Source: Schmidtea polychroa (lineage: Eukaryota). Taken from it: DNA of 64,000 nt. Shown here in pieces: positions 46,994 through 58,895 of this stretch. The DNA is taken from assembly GCA_044892525.1 (NCBI GenBank), contig CM097885.1, forward strand, positions 5,892,001 through 5,956,000, given 5' to 3'. Every line of letters begins with the position of its first letter. Positions within the stretch are counted from its first letter, which is position 1. The position numbers and the translations under genes are program-made. The notes under the pieces are model-generated. The model did no database searches. It was not told where the DNA came from and saw only the letters and a list, made by a program, of their open reading frames with translations.

Positions 46994-48570
46994 ATGATAG
47001 CACCGACAATTGGTGACAGCCAAACTTTCACGGTGCATTGCAATGGCCTTAATTTTCTTATTGATTCAGGTTCAATAATTTTATTGTTACCGAATTACCT
47101 ATACAAAAAGACAAAAACTGAAACCGCGAATTTGTGCGCAGCAAACGGCAGCCCAATTAAAACGTTCGGAAAGCAAAACATTAACATCATCATCAACAAC
47201 ACACAATACAATTGGCAATTCACTATCGCCGAAGTCAAACAAGCCATTTTAGGAGCAGATTTCCTCTCAAACTTCAATCTACTAGTCGACTGTAAGAATG
47301 GAAAAGTCATACCAAACGATTCAAATAACATACACCACAAAATTAAACAATCTAAAAAACAAATCAAATGTGACATCAGAGTAATAAAAGCCCAACATGA
47401 TGAAACAAAAACAAACTGGCATATACCTAATGAAATCACAAAACTGATACAAAATGTACCAAATAGAACTAATAAACTAGAGGCAAACAATAACACATAA
47501 TAATTAGCAACGGAAACCCAGTCCATGCAAACGTCAGACAATTAGACAAAAATAAACTCGAAACAACTAAGAAAATATTCGACAAAATAGCCGACAAATA
47601 CCCAATTCCAATAATAAACAACATCATTATCCGATTTAGCAAACCCAAAATTTTCAGGAAAATAGACTTAGAAAAAGTCTATCATCAAATTCCTGTCAGA
47701 ACGGAAGACATAAAGAAAACAGCAATCATCACACCCATAGGACTTTTCGAATATAACAAAATGCCTTTTGGATTAAAAAATGCAGCAGCCACTTTCCAAC
47801 GCCTCATGGACCAAATATTTCGAAATCACAAAAACACAGTGGCATACCTAGACGACATCCTGATAGCATCAGCAAACAAAACAGAACATATACAAAATAT
47901 CAAAAACGTGTTCAAAATATTAAACAAACATGAACTAAAAATTAATATTAAAATGTGTGAATTTTTGAAAACAGAAATAAAATTTTTGGGGCATCTGTTA
48001 AACGAAAACGGAACAAAACCATTAGACGACAAAATCAAAGCAATCAAAAACTATCCGTTACCCAAAATAACAAAAGAGCTAAGACGTTTCCTTGGCATGA
48101 TCAACTTCTATCACAAATACATACCAAAATGTAGTGAAATGCTAGCCCCTCTCAACGAACTGAACAAAATAAAGAGAAACATCAAAATAAATTTGAACGA
48201 AAAACTAATAACAGCTTTTGAACAGGCAAAAGAAAACCTGAAAGACGCAAGCATCTTAGGCTATCCCAACCAAGAATTACCATATATAGTCAACACAGAC
48301 TGTTCGGGATTAGCAATGGGCGGAACGATATTCCAAGAAGAAAACAACGAAAAAAGACCAATAGCCTTCTTCTCAAAGAAACTAAAAACTCACCAAATGA
48401 GATACTCCACTTTCGACAGGGAGTTATTAGCGCTACATGATACAATCAGACAATTCCAATACCTATTGGAAGGAAATGAATTTGAAGTGTATACTGATCA
48501 TAAACCCTCAATAAACGCAATGAGCATGGAAAACCCTTCACCGAGACAAATAAGACAATTAAACTATATA
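46994..48570 (+). mobile_element. Degenerate gypsy pol (protease-RT-RNase H), no integrase
   Basis: FLIDSGS, ILGADFL, KYPIP, FRKIDL, MPFGLKNAAATFQR, YLDD, TDCS, ELLA and YTDHKP. There is a stop at 47500 and an internal deletion in the RT N-terminus. Confidence 0.9.
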
Positions 48571-49272
48571 TTGAAAAACACAGAAATCGGGAATTTAAAG
48601 AAACGTATTGATCTGATGGAAGGGACGTGGTTCGCCCCGCCACAAATGAAGGAGGCAAATCGGAAAATCTTACGTTTGGAACATTGTCGAGATAGTTTGC
48701 TGGAAGAAAATAGAAGCCAGCGACTCACAATCAAAGCCCAGTCGGAAACGCAACATCACATTTACTCCAAATCCGAGTTACGAAAGCGTGTCTTCAAATA
48801 TCATATTTCCGATAGGGACAACATTTTCTCAATCCATCATTGGCCCGACGATCCCAGGGTACCTAAAATGTCTTCTTGTCTTAACCACCGAGCCGAATCA
48901 TCATCTTCACCGACTCCAGATGTCCTATATGTCGAGAGGAGTACGACTCTGACCAAGGCACTGGTACCTGTCACTCCCCCACTAGTTCCTAGTGCCTTGC
49001 CATCGACTTCTTTCCTAATTTTCCGATCAAAACGAAAGCGCCTCACACGCCTGGAGCGATCCAAGCGGAAAAGGGACGAACTAGCTACTGTCGAAGCCGT
49101 ACTGTTTTCAGTCCCGCTCTCCACCAAGCCTAGATCAGATTCGGTTCGAGCGGCAATAGATCCACCTCCTTACAAGATCATACCGGCAACAAACACTCCG
49201 TGGGTTATGGTTCCGCAACTGGAGATTGATATGTTCAAAATATATAATATATTTCTAATAATATATTTCTAA
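48571..49272 (+). other. Unknown ~230-aa coding segment fused in frame after RNase H
   Basis: Part of ORF 47761-49272. It has no HHCC or DDE motifs, shows an abrupt loss of the A-rich bias, and resembles 30817-31155. Confidence 0.5.
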
Positions 49273-49619
49273 TACGTGAAACCGAGGGCAGTGAGTTTTA
49301 GCCAACCAAATCGAACCAGACATGTGAGTAAACTCTGTACTATCTCCATACCTCAATTCGACGTCAAGCAATGAAAATCCCCAACCCTATAGACTCATTC
49401 AGTATTCTGACACGCTTCCACACATTTGATTGTATTGTGCTTTTTCGGACAAATTTATGAGTGACAATTTCCTTCTTTATGTTTATGATGTATTGATGTA
49501 ATCTCAAAGTTTTATGTAATTTTCCAGTTTCTATTTCTTAAAATAAAATGATATTGTTCGGTGACCTGTTTTCCGCTATCAACCAGATAGCTACAACTTA
49601 CTAACTGGTACTTAAAATC

Positions 49620-49810
49620 ATTTACTAACAACTAAATACTATCTACCAAATACCACGTACTTATGACCAGCTAACAACTAGATACCAAACAACTAGCTAC
49701 TAACAGATAAGTGCCAATAACTAGTTACTAACAACTAAGTACTAACAACTAAACACTATCAACAAAGTACCAACAACTAGGTACTATCAACTGGGCATTA
49801 TCAACCTACA
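49620..49810. repeat. Degenerate ~14-bp tandem repeat
   Basis: Recurring TACTAACAACTA(A/G)N. Confidence 0.7.
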
Positions 49811-51891
49811 AACAGATAACACCAAATTTTCAAATAAATTTCAAATATATTTAACCATCATAGTCCTTTATAAAATTAACAGGTTTCTTTGCTTAAGATT
49901 TTCAATATTTAAAAGTTTATCGAATTGTAAACTGTTTAAGGAGAAATTGAAAGGTGCATGGAAATATTCTTAGAAAATGTTATTATTGAAAAATCATTTA
50001 GTCAAATTCAATATCATTACAAAGTCATCATCAAAATTAAATAATTTATCCTATCACTTGATTATTGTAAAAACTTTAATTATTAACCTAATTGTCATTA
50101 AAAATAATTTTTATTTAAAATTAAATTAAAAAACAAGGTACAGCAAATTATCAAGAAATTAATCAAATTTATCTTAGACTTAACATTAAAACCTTAAATT
50201 TTTAAATATTTTTTCAATCATCATGAAATTCACAAAAATGATAGAAATTCACTTGAATATTTACTAAATCCCACTAACATAAACTCTAAAAAATTACTAG
50301 TGAATGCATTTAACACCAAATTTGCCTAAATAATCATTCGAATAAAATCATTAAAACTGAAGATAACTTACTGAAATTTATCATTAAATTCCTTTTAAAT
50401 TATCACAAATAAAGATAAGAACTTTGATTAAAAAATATTATTCTTAAGTGGTAAGCAATTGTAGGATAAAATGAAAAGAGAATTATTCTTTGATAAAGTT
50501 TGATAAAATTAACAATGAAATTAACAATAAGTGGTAGAATTATTATATTTATTTTTCACTAATTATTATCTAATCACTTATATACACCCCACAAGTATTT
50601 TTTTTTAAATCAACAAATTTACTAAATATTTTTATTAATACTTAATATATCTCTACTCTTATCCATCTTCTTCTCATCAAAAACATTTCAATAACACTTC
50701 TCAGGGTATTTTTTTCCTTTAGATTTAGCAATTATATCTCCCCTAGTACCATTAATGAATAATATCAATAGCCAGTGACTAATAACCAGTTAACCAAATG
50801 AAAATATGCATTGAAATGTCCATAGAAAAATGGCCTCCATAATATAGTAATTAACTATAATATACAAGCAAATAATTATTATAAATTTCAATCTAGAAAT
50901 TTACTAATTAAAAAGTGGAAAGATTTTGAACCTCCGATAAAAATTAAAAAGGTATTTCTCTGCTGGTGTGTGTCATTTTTCGTCGATTTATTCTTTGTTT
51001 TAATGCTTTATAATATATTTCATGTACAAACTTCTTGCTTTTTCTAATTTTATTATTTTTTTTACTTATTAGTACTTTCATTTTATTCGGTGTTTCATAA
51101 TAATTTTAGATATTTTTTGTACGTTTTATGTGCTATGTGGGTCGTCTCAGTTGATAATTTACTTAATTAATTAAAACAATCAAAAAAAATTAGTAAAAAG
51201 ATTTGATCCTTAGCCCAACAATACCATTAAATATGCGTTTTATTAGGAGTTTGTTGATTTGATACCTTCAAACACAAATGAAGTCAGAAACGAATTCAAA
51301 AATATCCTAATCATTAATTAATATAAAAGCACAGCAATATATATGCTAGAAACAAGCTGATACATTAGCTACTGTAAAATTCGAATCATTCAAAATAAAA
51401 ATGTCAAGGGAAAAAACGTTTGTAACGTACTACTATAGGAAGGTAATGCGACCTAAGAGCTGTAGAAATTGATTTCATATGAATGTTTTGATTATAGTTG
51501 ACATTCGAAATCCAATATCGGTTGAAGATTGCATTTTGAGCTTCCAATGTTGCTAGAGAAATCAAAGTTCCAACTCATATTTGCCATAATTTTAATTTTA
51601 TACCTTCAGGTTTTCGAAATATATTTCATTGGGCATCGAAGTTGAAAATTGTAGTTATTATTAGAGACAATTATAAAACAAGATTGCTAATCACTTTATT
51701 TAAAATATGAAAATATTTTTTAATTTTAATTTTTTATATGAGAAATAAAAAACAATAAATTTAATTAAATAATAATTCATAAGTTTGTTTAAAAATATTA
51801 AATATCATTTAAATTATCCGTTTTATATTTAAGTATAAAATTTGTGAAAAGTGTGCATAAAGCACTCTTATAAAGGCCTAAATTTTCTATT

Positions 51892-54800
51892 ATGTCATTT
51901 ATAGCAATTCCACTGAATTCCGATTTTTCTTATGAAAATCTTCCATATGGGATATTTTCAAGGAAAAATGAGCATGTTAAATATATTGGGATAGCCATAG
52001 GAGAACAAATTTTGGATTTATCAAAAATTAAACATCTATTTAATGGACCTTATTTGAAAGATAATCAAAGCATATTTGCAGAGCATTCATTAAATAAAAT
52101 AATGTCAATGGGTGAAAAGGTTTGGAGTGAAGTAAGATCTACTGTTCAATTATTGCTCTCAAAAGATTGTCCAACATTGCGAGATGATGATCAACTAAGG
52201 AAAATGTAATTTTATTTAGACATTTTATGGTTATTGTAAATTTTAAGAGCATTTGTTCTAATGGATGAGGCAAAAATGCACTTGCCAGCTGATATCGGTG
52301 ATTATACCGATTTCTATTCCAGCAAAGATCATGCAATGAATGTCGGCATAATGTTCCGTGGCAAAGAAAATGCTTTGATGCCGAATTGGACATGGATGCC
52401 AATTGGGTATCACGGACGTTCCAGCTCAATTGTCGTGTCTGGTACCCCAATTCGCCGGCCATGTGGCCAAACAAAGGCCGACCAAGACGACAACCCAACG
52501 TTTGGGCCGTGTAAAATGCTGGACTTTGAGCTCGAAATGGCATTCTTTACCGGTATTGTTTACATTTCATATTTGGAGTTTATTTCATGTCAAATTTGGC
52601 TGGTGAATATGGATGACCTTTGGCCTATGGCGAGGGATTTGTTTATGTGACTGCTTCGGTGCCGCACTTTCACTGGGGATTCCAATCAATAATATTGATA
52701 ATAATTGATTCTTTAATTTATATAATCAATATTAATTAATATAATCAATATTAATAATTGTAATTAATTAATTAATATAATCAATAATAATAATTGTGAT
52801 TAATTAATATAATCAATATTAATAATTGTAATTAATTAATTAATATAATCAATAATAATAATTGTGATTAATTAATATAATCAATAATAATAATTGTGAT
52901 TAATTAATTAATATAATCAATAATTGTGATTAATTAATTAATATAATCAATAATAATAATTGTAATTAATTAATATAATCAATAATAATAATTGTAATTA
53001 ATTAATATAATCAAAATTAATAATTGTACTTAATTAATATAATCAATAATAATAATTGTGATTAATTAATTAATATAATCAATAATAATTGTAATTAATT
53101 AATATAATCAATAATAATAATTGTGATTAATTAATTAATATAATCAATAATAATAATTGTAATTAATTAATATAATCAATAATAATTGTTATTAATTAAT
53201 TAATATAATCAATAATAATAATTGTGATTAATTAATTAATATAATCAATAATAATAATTGTACTTAATGAATATAATCAATAATAATAATTGTAATTAAT
53301 TAATATAATCAATAATAATTGTGATTAATTAATTAATATAATCAATAATAATGATTGTTATTAATTAATATAATCAATAATAATAATTGTGATTAATTAA
53401 TTAATATAATCAATAATAATAATTGTAATTAATTAATGTAATCAATAATAATAATTGTGATTAATTAATTAATATAATCAATAATAATAATTGTAATTAA
53501 TTAATATAATCAAAATTAATAATTGTACTTAATGAATATAATCAATAATAATAATTGTAATTAATGAATATAATCAATAATAATGATTGTTATTAATTAA
53601 TATAATCAATAATAATAATTGTGATTAATTAATTAATATAATCAATAATAATAATTGTAATTAATTAATGTAATCAATAATAATAATTGTGATTAATTAA
53701 TTAATATAATCAATAATAATAATTGTAATTAATTAATATAATCAAAATTAATAATTGTACTTAATGAATATAATCAATAATAATAATTGTAATTAATGAA
53801 TATAATCAATAATAATGATTGTTATTAATTAATATAATCAATAATAATAATTGTAATTAATGAATGTAATCAATAATAATAATTGTAATTAATGAATGTA
53901 ATCAATAATAATAACCAAGATTTAGCAAATTTAAAAATCAAATAAAATTTGGAAAATTGAATAAATTTATTCAGAATTGAATATTGAAATTTTATTTGTA
54001 TAAATATTTTAATTTTGTTTGAATTGATATTTTTTATAACATAATCTGTGAGAATAAAAATTTAATCAGAAAGCAAGCAGAGAGTGAGAGATTTGTTAAT
54101 TTTTGTTTTCGAGTGAAAATGGCATATTTTAAGTCGAAATATTTTATGAATAAATTCTGTGAAAATGGCTTTGCTAATTATACGTGCTTAAAATCAGTCC
54201 TTCCCTACTTGATAAAGGAAAGCGCAAATAAAAATGAAAGACAGAAAATGCACCAAATTAGAGAAAATTCAAAGCATCAAACGATATTCAATTAAATGGC
54301 TTCAATACAATGAAATTGAAAGACTTGAATCTTATCCGGAGGGAATAAAAGATTGTATCAATCAAAAGAAAAAATATTTCTAATTGTAAATGTTATTTTT
54401 ACACTAATCCTAACCATACAAATCCCAGTCAGTGGGTAAGCTATCAATTCCAATAATAGGGAAAGTAAAGACACGCAAAGTAGAGAATTGTCAGACACCT
54501 AAAAATATGCTTCTGAATAATGTAGCATACAGCATTCTGTCCAATTCATGTGAAAATATACACACTGGAAGTACGTGCAGAGAGATACATCAAAGAGGTT
54601 AAAAGTACCTAGATCCTGGTGGCAATCCGTCAGTTATCAAATATCTACAAGTTTACCGACCAAGACAAAAAGAAGGAAAAAATTCCCTGTCAAAATTATA
54701 TTCAATGACAATGATTAAAACAATTTTAGGTTCATAGAGGTCATATTATCAAGTCCGAATGATAGGCAATCAATACGAAGGAGGAATTCATTGAAATCTC

Positions 54801-56580
54801 CCACTTAATTTTCAGTTAACATTAGTGAAATGAAGCGTTTTATCAGAACAGTAAAAGAATAACAAATTAAAACAAAAATTCATTATCTGGAATTTATTCA
54901 TTTAATTTTTGTGGGGAATTTTGTGAGTTTATAAAGAAATGTTGAATATTGAAAAATTAATTTTACTGGAGCTTTTTCAAATTTTAATAAAGAAATTAAA
55001 TTATGATCCAATCAAAAGGCAGATAATTCGAATTAAAAAGATCAAAATCTTCAAATTATTTTCTTGTGCAGATTGAAGAAAATTATTATAGTCAAAATTT
55101 CTCATATTTTGTTTTAAATAAACATGGAAGGCTTATCATATCTTTTATTAATTATTTTTGTGAATTTCACTTCTAATAGGAAACCGTCGTCTTATATGAT
55201 TAATAATAAATAAATATTAATTGTTGGTGAATTTTAGTTATAAGATTGCACCAAATCCATGGAAAGTATGCAATATGTACTTCGGTTTGATCTCGTTTAT
55301 CAGTTTAAATGTAATGGGTGTAATGCCACATACATTGGAGAGGCTTCCCGTCATCTCTGTATTCGAGCTCTATAGCATTGTACACCGAAGGCTTTGACAC
55401 ATATTAGTGAGCACAATAAGGGCTGTAAGATTAAAATAGGAATGTCTGATTATAAAATTTTATTAAAAAATTTCGATAATTATTGGGAACATGTGATTTG
55501 TGAGGCGTTGTTGATAAAATCATTGAATCCGTAAATTAATGTGCAGAATGCAGTGAATATATATATATATATATATATATATGGATTGTTGTTGTTAAAT
55601 TCAATAATTATTAAATTGGATAATTTTAAATTTCATTTTTAGTTGCTATAATATAAAAAATGGTTTTTTGTTTAAATTATAATTTTTAAAGAATTAAATA
55701 ATTTTTATTAACAAAATGATACAATTAATAAATTTGTTCAAAAATCTATAATTTCTATATTTATTATATGATGAACAATATCGTAAACTGAATGTTTGAG
55801 TGGCGCTTTCTTATAATTAAGTCGTTACCGTGCATGTTTAACTTTTTTATTAAATAAAAGTAACGATATATTATTTAAATAGGACCCGGTAACGAATTAG
55901 GTCGTCCAATCACAATTGAGGAAGCGGAAAAGCACATATTCGGTGTTGTTCTTATGAATGATTGGTCCGCTCGTGACATTCAAAAATGGGAATATGTGCC
56001 TCTTGGTCCTTTTTTGGGGAAAAGTTTCGGTACAACGATTTCTCCCTGGGTCGTGCCTATTGCCGCTTTGAAGCCATTCCTTCTAGCCAGTAATCCCCCT
56101 CATGACCATGAACCATTGCCATATTTGAAAGACAAGTATCCATTCACATTCGATATCAATCTCGAAGTTTTGATCAAACCCAAACAGTTGACCCAGCCAG
56201 TTAGCGTGTCGAAGTCCAATAGCAAATATTTATATTGGACAATGAAACAACAGTTAGTGCATCACACCGTTAACGGTTGCAATATCCGACCGGGAGATTT
56301 GCTGGCCTCCGGTACAATATCCGGTTTGTGACTGATTTTGCCTGTATTAATGATGAGGTTTGTTGTATATGCAGGGCCAGATTCCAGCAGCTACGGATCG
56401 ATGCTTGAGTTGTGCTGGAAAGGAACGAAAACTATTGAATTGGCTGACGATTGTAGCAGGAAATTCTTACAAGATTATGATGAAGTCATTGTTAGAGGCC
56501 ATGCAGAAAATGAAAATGGGATCAGAGTTGGTTTCGGTGACTGCTCGGGAGTGGTTTTGCCAGTTTTGCCGGATAATTAG
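51892..56580 (+). CDS. FAH: Fumarylacetoacetase (fumarylacetoacetate hydrolase)
   Basis: Exons 51892-52205, 52248-52552, 55883-56323 and 56375-56580 join in frame. Motifs [78 protein letters not shown] and GSMLEL. Confidence 0.97.
52685..53915. repeat. AT-rich ~33-37-bp minisatellite in FAH intron 2
   Basis: Unit approximately ATATAATCAATAATAATAATTGT(G/A)ATTAATTA(ATTA), more than 30 copies. Confidence 0.92.
54100..54810 (+). mobile_element. Highly degenerate Penelope-like fragment (RT C-terminus / GIY-YIG)
   Basis: ENGF...LPY, then [26 protein letters not shown] ... FRFIEVI ... INTKEEF. Confidence 0.5.
55225..55560 (+). mobile_element. Penelope-like GIY-YIG endonuclease fragment ending at an (AT)n tract
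   Basis: [29 protein letters not shown]...[33 protein letters not shown]. Confidence 0.8.
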
Positions 56581-56794
56581 AATAAAATTCATTTATGGTC
56601 TTAGGATTCTTTTTATTATAATAGATTTGTCTTCTTTATAGAATTTGTTGTTTTAATTAGTTTGTGTTAAATGTATTTCTTATGCTAATTTCTCATCCTC
56701 GAAATGGGGAGTGACAAAAATTCGTATTAAATAAATAAAACTTTTGATTTGTAGTTTGAAAAGAAATGAGAATGAATAGAATTATTCAATAATA

Positions 56795-56880
56795 GTAACG
56801 CAACGGGTCATCCAATCGCAATCAAGGAAGCAGAAAACCGCATATTCGGTGTTGTCCTTATGACTGATTGGTTCGCTCGT
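56795..56880 (+). pseudogene. Diverged duplicate of the start of FAH exon 3
   Basis: Ungapped match to 55889-55974: NATGHPIAIKEAENRIFGVVLMTDWFAR vs [28 protein letters not shown]. Confidence 0.85.
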
Positions 56881-58039
56881 AGAAAATAGATTAATAAATA
56901 AAAAGATAAAAATGTATTTATATTGCAAAACTAATAAAGATTTTGAATGTAAAATAATAATATTATATTAAACTAGATAAGAAAAATTAACATTTTATCA
57001 TAACTTTTATCTTTAATTAATAACGTCACATTTTAATTTACATATTGTGTGAAAATTGATTTTTCTCTTTATAATTGATGCATAATTTATTCAATATTCC
57101 TAAATAGTTCTTTTAAAATGGTTTCATTTTTCTAAATGTAATATTTCAAAAATATATTTGTTTAAATAATTCTTTTTAACATATTTAATGTTAGAAATTA
57201 TTTTAAATTTCAAGAAATGTTTTGAGATTTTCACTTAATTTAACCGTTATTATTGTTGGATAAAAAATTTAAATTAATAATAATAATTATACTCATTGGA
57301 ACGAAACCTTAGTGATTTTTGCAGGACTATTTACAAGTTTATGAAACAATTTGACCAAAAACATTAATCACAATACCATTTATCATGTACAATCATACAA
57401 TTTATATGATAATATTTCATTTATTCCTCGCCACTTATGCTTACAAACTATTTTAGAGCATTTATTCTAATGAATAAGGCAGAAATGCATTTGACAACTG
57501 ACAATGATAAAGCAAAGCCAAAAATTTGTGTTGCATAGAATTAATTTTTGATTTTTTTAAATTAAATATCATCAAGGTGAGAAACAAAATAAAAGATTTT
57601 GCTGGTAATTTAAAATTGAAATATTATTTTAAATTTGTTTGAATACATTTATTATATTTTAAAACAAAGAAATTTTGATTATTGTATAATCGGATTGCGC
57701 AATATTATATATTGAGTACGCAGTTTTAGGGGATTTAGGGCTGTGTATTTGTGCGTTTGGGTTCGTGTGGTCAATGCTAGTGCTCCAGTAAAAATTGGTC
57801 CACAAATAGGTGCTCGACGGCCAGACTTCGTATGCAGCTTCAACTTTACACGAATTATTCCATAGATATATATGCAATCAGCCGCGATTATCAGTGAATA
57901 GATGATAACGTATGATTTGTCCTAAATATTTAACATTCTTCCTTAAAAATTGACACTTATCAGCACCCATTTTTTATTCAGATTTTTTTATATTTTTTCT
58001 AATCGCTCATTACACTCTTTTTTTAAATTCAGACAAATA

Positions 58040-58683
58040 TTAGAATTTTGTCAAGATAAAAAACGCAGCCTGTCACATTTCAAAACAATATTCATTAATT
58101 TCTGAAATATAGATGGTGTCAAACTTAGTCCAAACGGCATACGATTACATTTAAATTGTCCATGCATTGTGGAGAGTGCTCTCTTTTCTTTGATCGAATC
58201 TCCTAATTATCACCTAATTATCCTAATAATCACTTCCTAAGTCAATTGTTGAAAATAATTTTGCTCCTTCGACTTCTGACCCCAGCTTCCAAATGTTATT
58301 CAATCAAATTTGTTGACTTCTTCGCAATTTGAATTTTTAAATTTTATATTTTTGTGTTGCTGCCTCGAAGTTAAGAGTATGTTATTCCGTCTATATGAAA
58401 TTTTATCCATAGTATAATCCTTAGTATAATCCAAACAGCGTAATATGACCTTTTTCTTTACAATAATGAGATAAATTCTATTCAAATCATTCTTCTCATA
58501 ATTGTTACAATTACGAAATAATTTCTTCATCTAGTCTGTTTATTTCTACTTTGAGCTTTCCGACAAAATAATTGGTTAATTTAATCTTATTTAAATTTTG
58601 AAAACGCAAATCATCAGATTCTGATATTTTTTCTTTGTCAATATCAATATTTGATTTTACTAGCGCGATTGCTTCATCTACAT
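58040..58683 (-). mobile_element. Older degenerate gypsy pol relic, continuing at about 63261-63360 on the other side of the insertion
   Basis: IIVKKK...RCLDY, GAKLFSTIDLG and QFKCNRMPFGLSLTPSIFQKLMNIVL, with many stops. Confidence 0.75.
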
Positions 58684-58895
58684 TATTAGCCACAGAGCTA
58701 CGGGTATTAATTGAATCCATAACTAAAACACGTTTATTATAAAAACACAAATATTATTAAAACAAATTATAACGTTAATTTGTTTGAGGAGTTTCTAAAA
58801 AATAATAATTAATGTATAAGTAAGGATTTCAGCATACAATCAAACATGCACAACATCATACCATTATTTAAATACAAATTACAAAACGCCTCACA
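58684..58895 (-). repeat. 3' LTR
   Basis: TGTGAGG...GCTAATA on the minus strand, immediately after the PPT. Contains AATAAA. Confidence 0.95.

Noticed and set aside
57659..57925. GC-richer island with short ORFs on both strands
   Set aside because: Could be an exon or a TE fragment, but no motif or consistent gene model supports a call.
58511..58750. 79-aa ORF sharing its N-terminus with ORF 62604-63113
   Set aside because: The shared part is LTR sequence read into flanking DNA, not a gene duplication.
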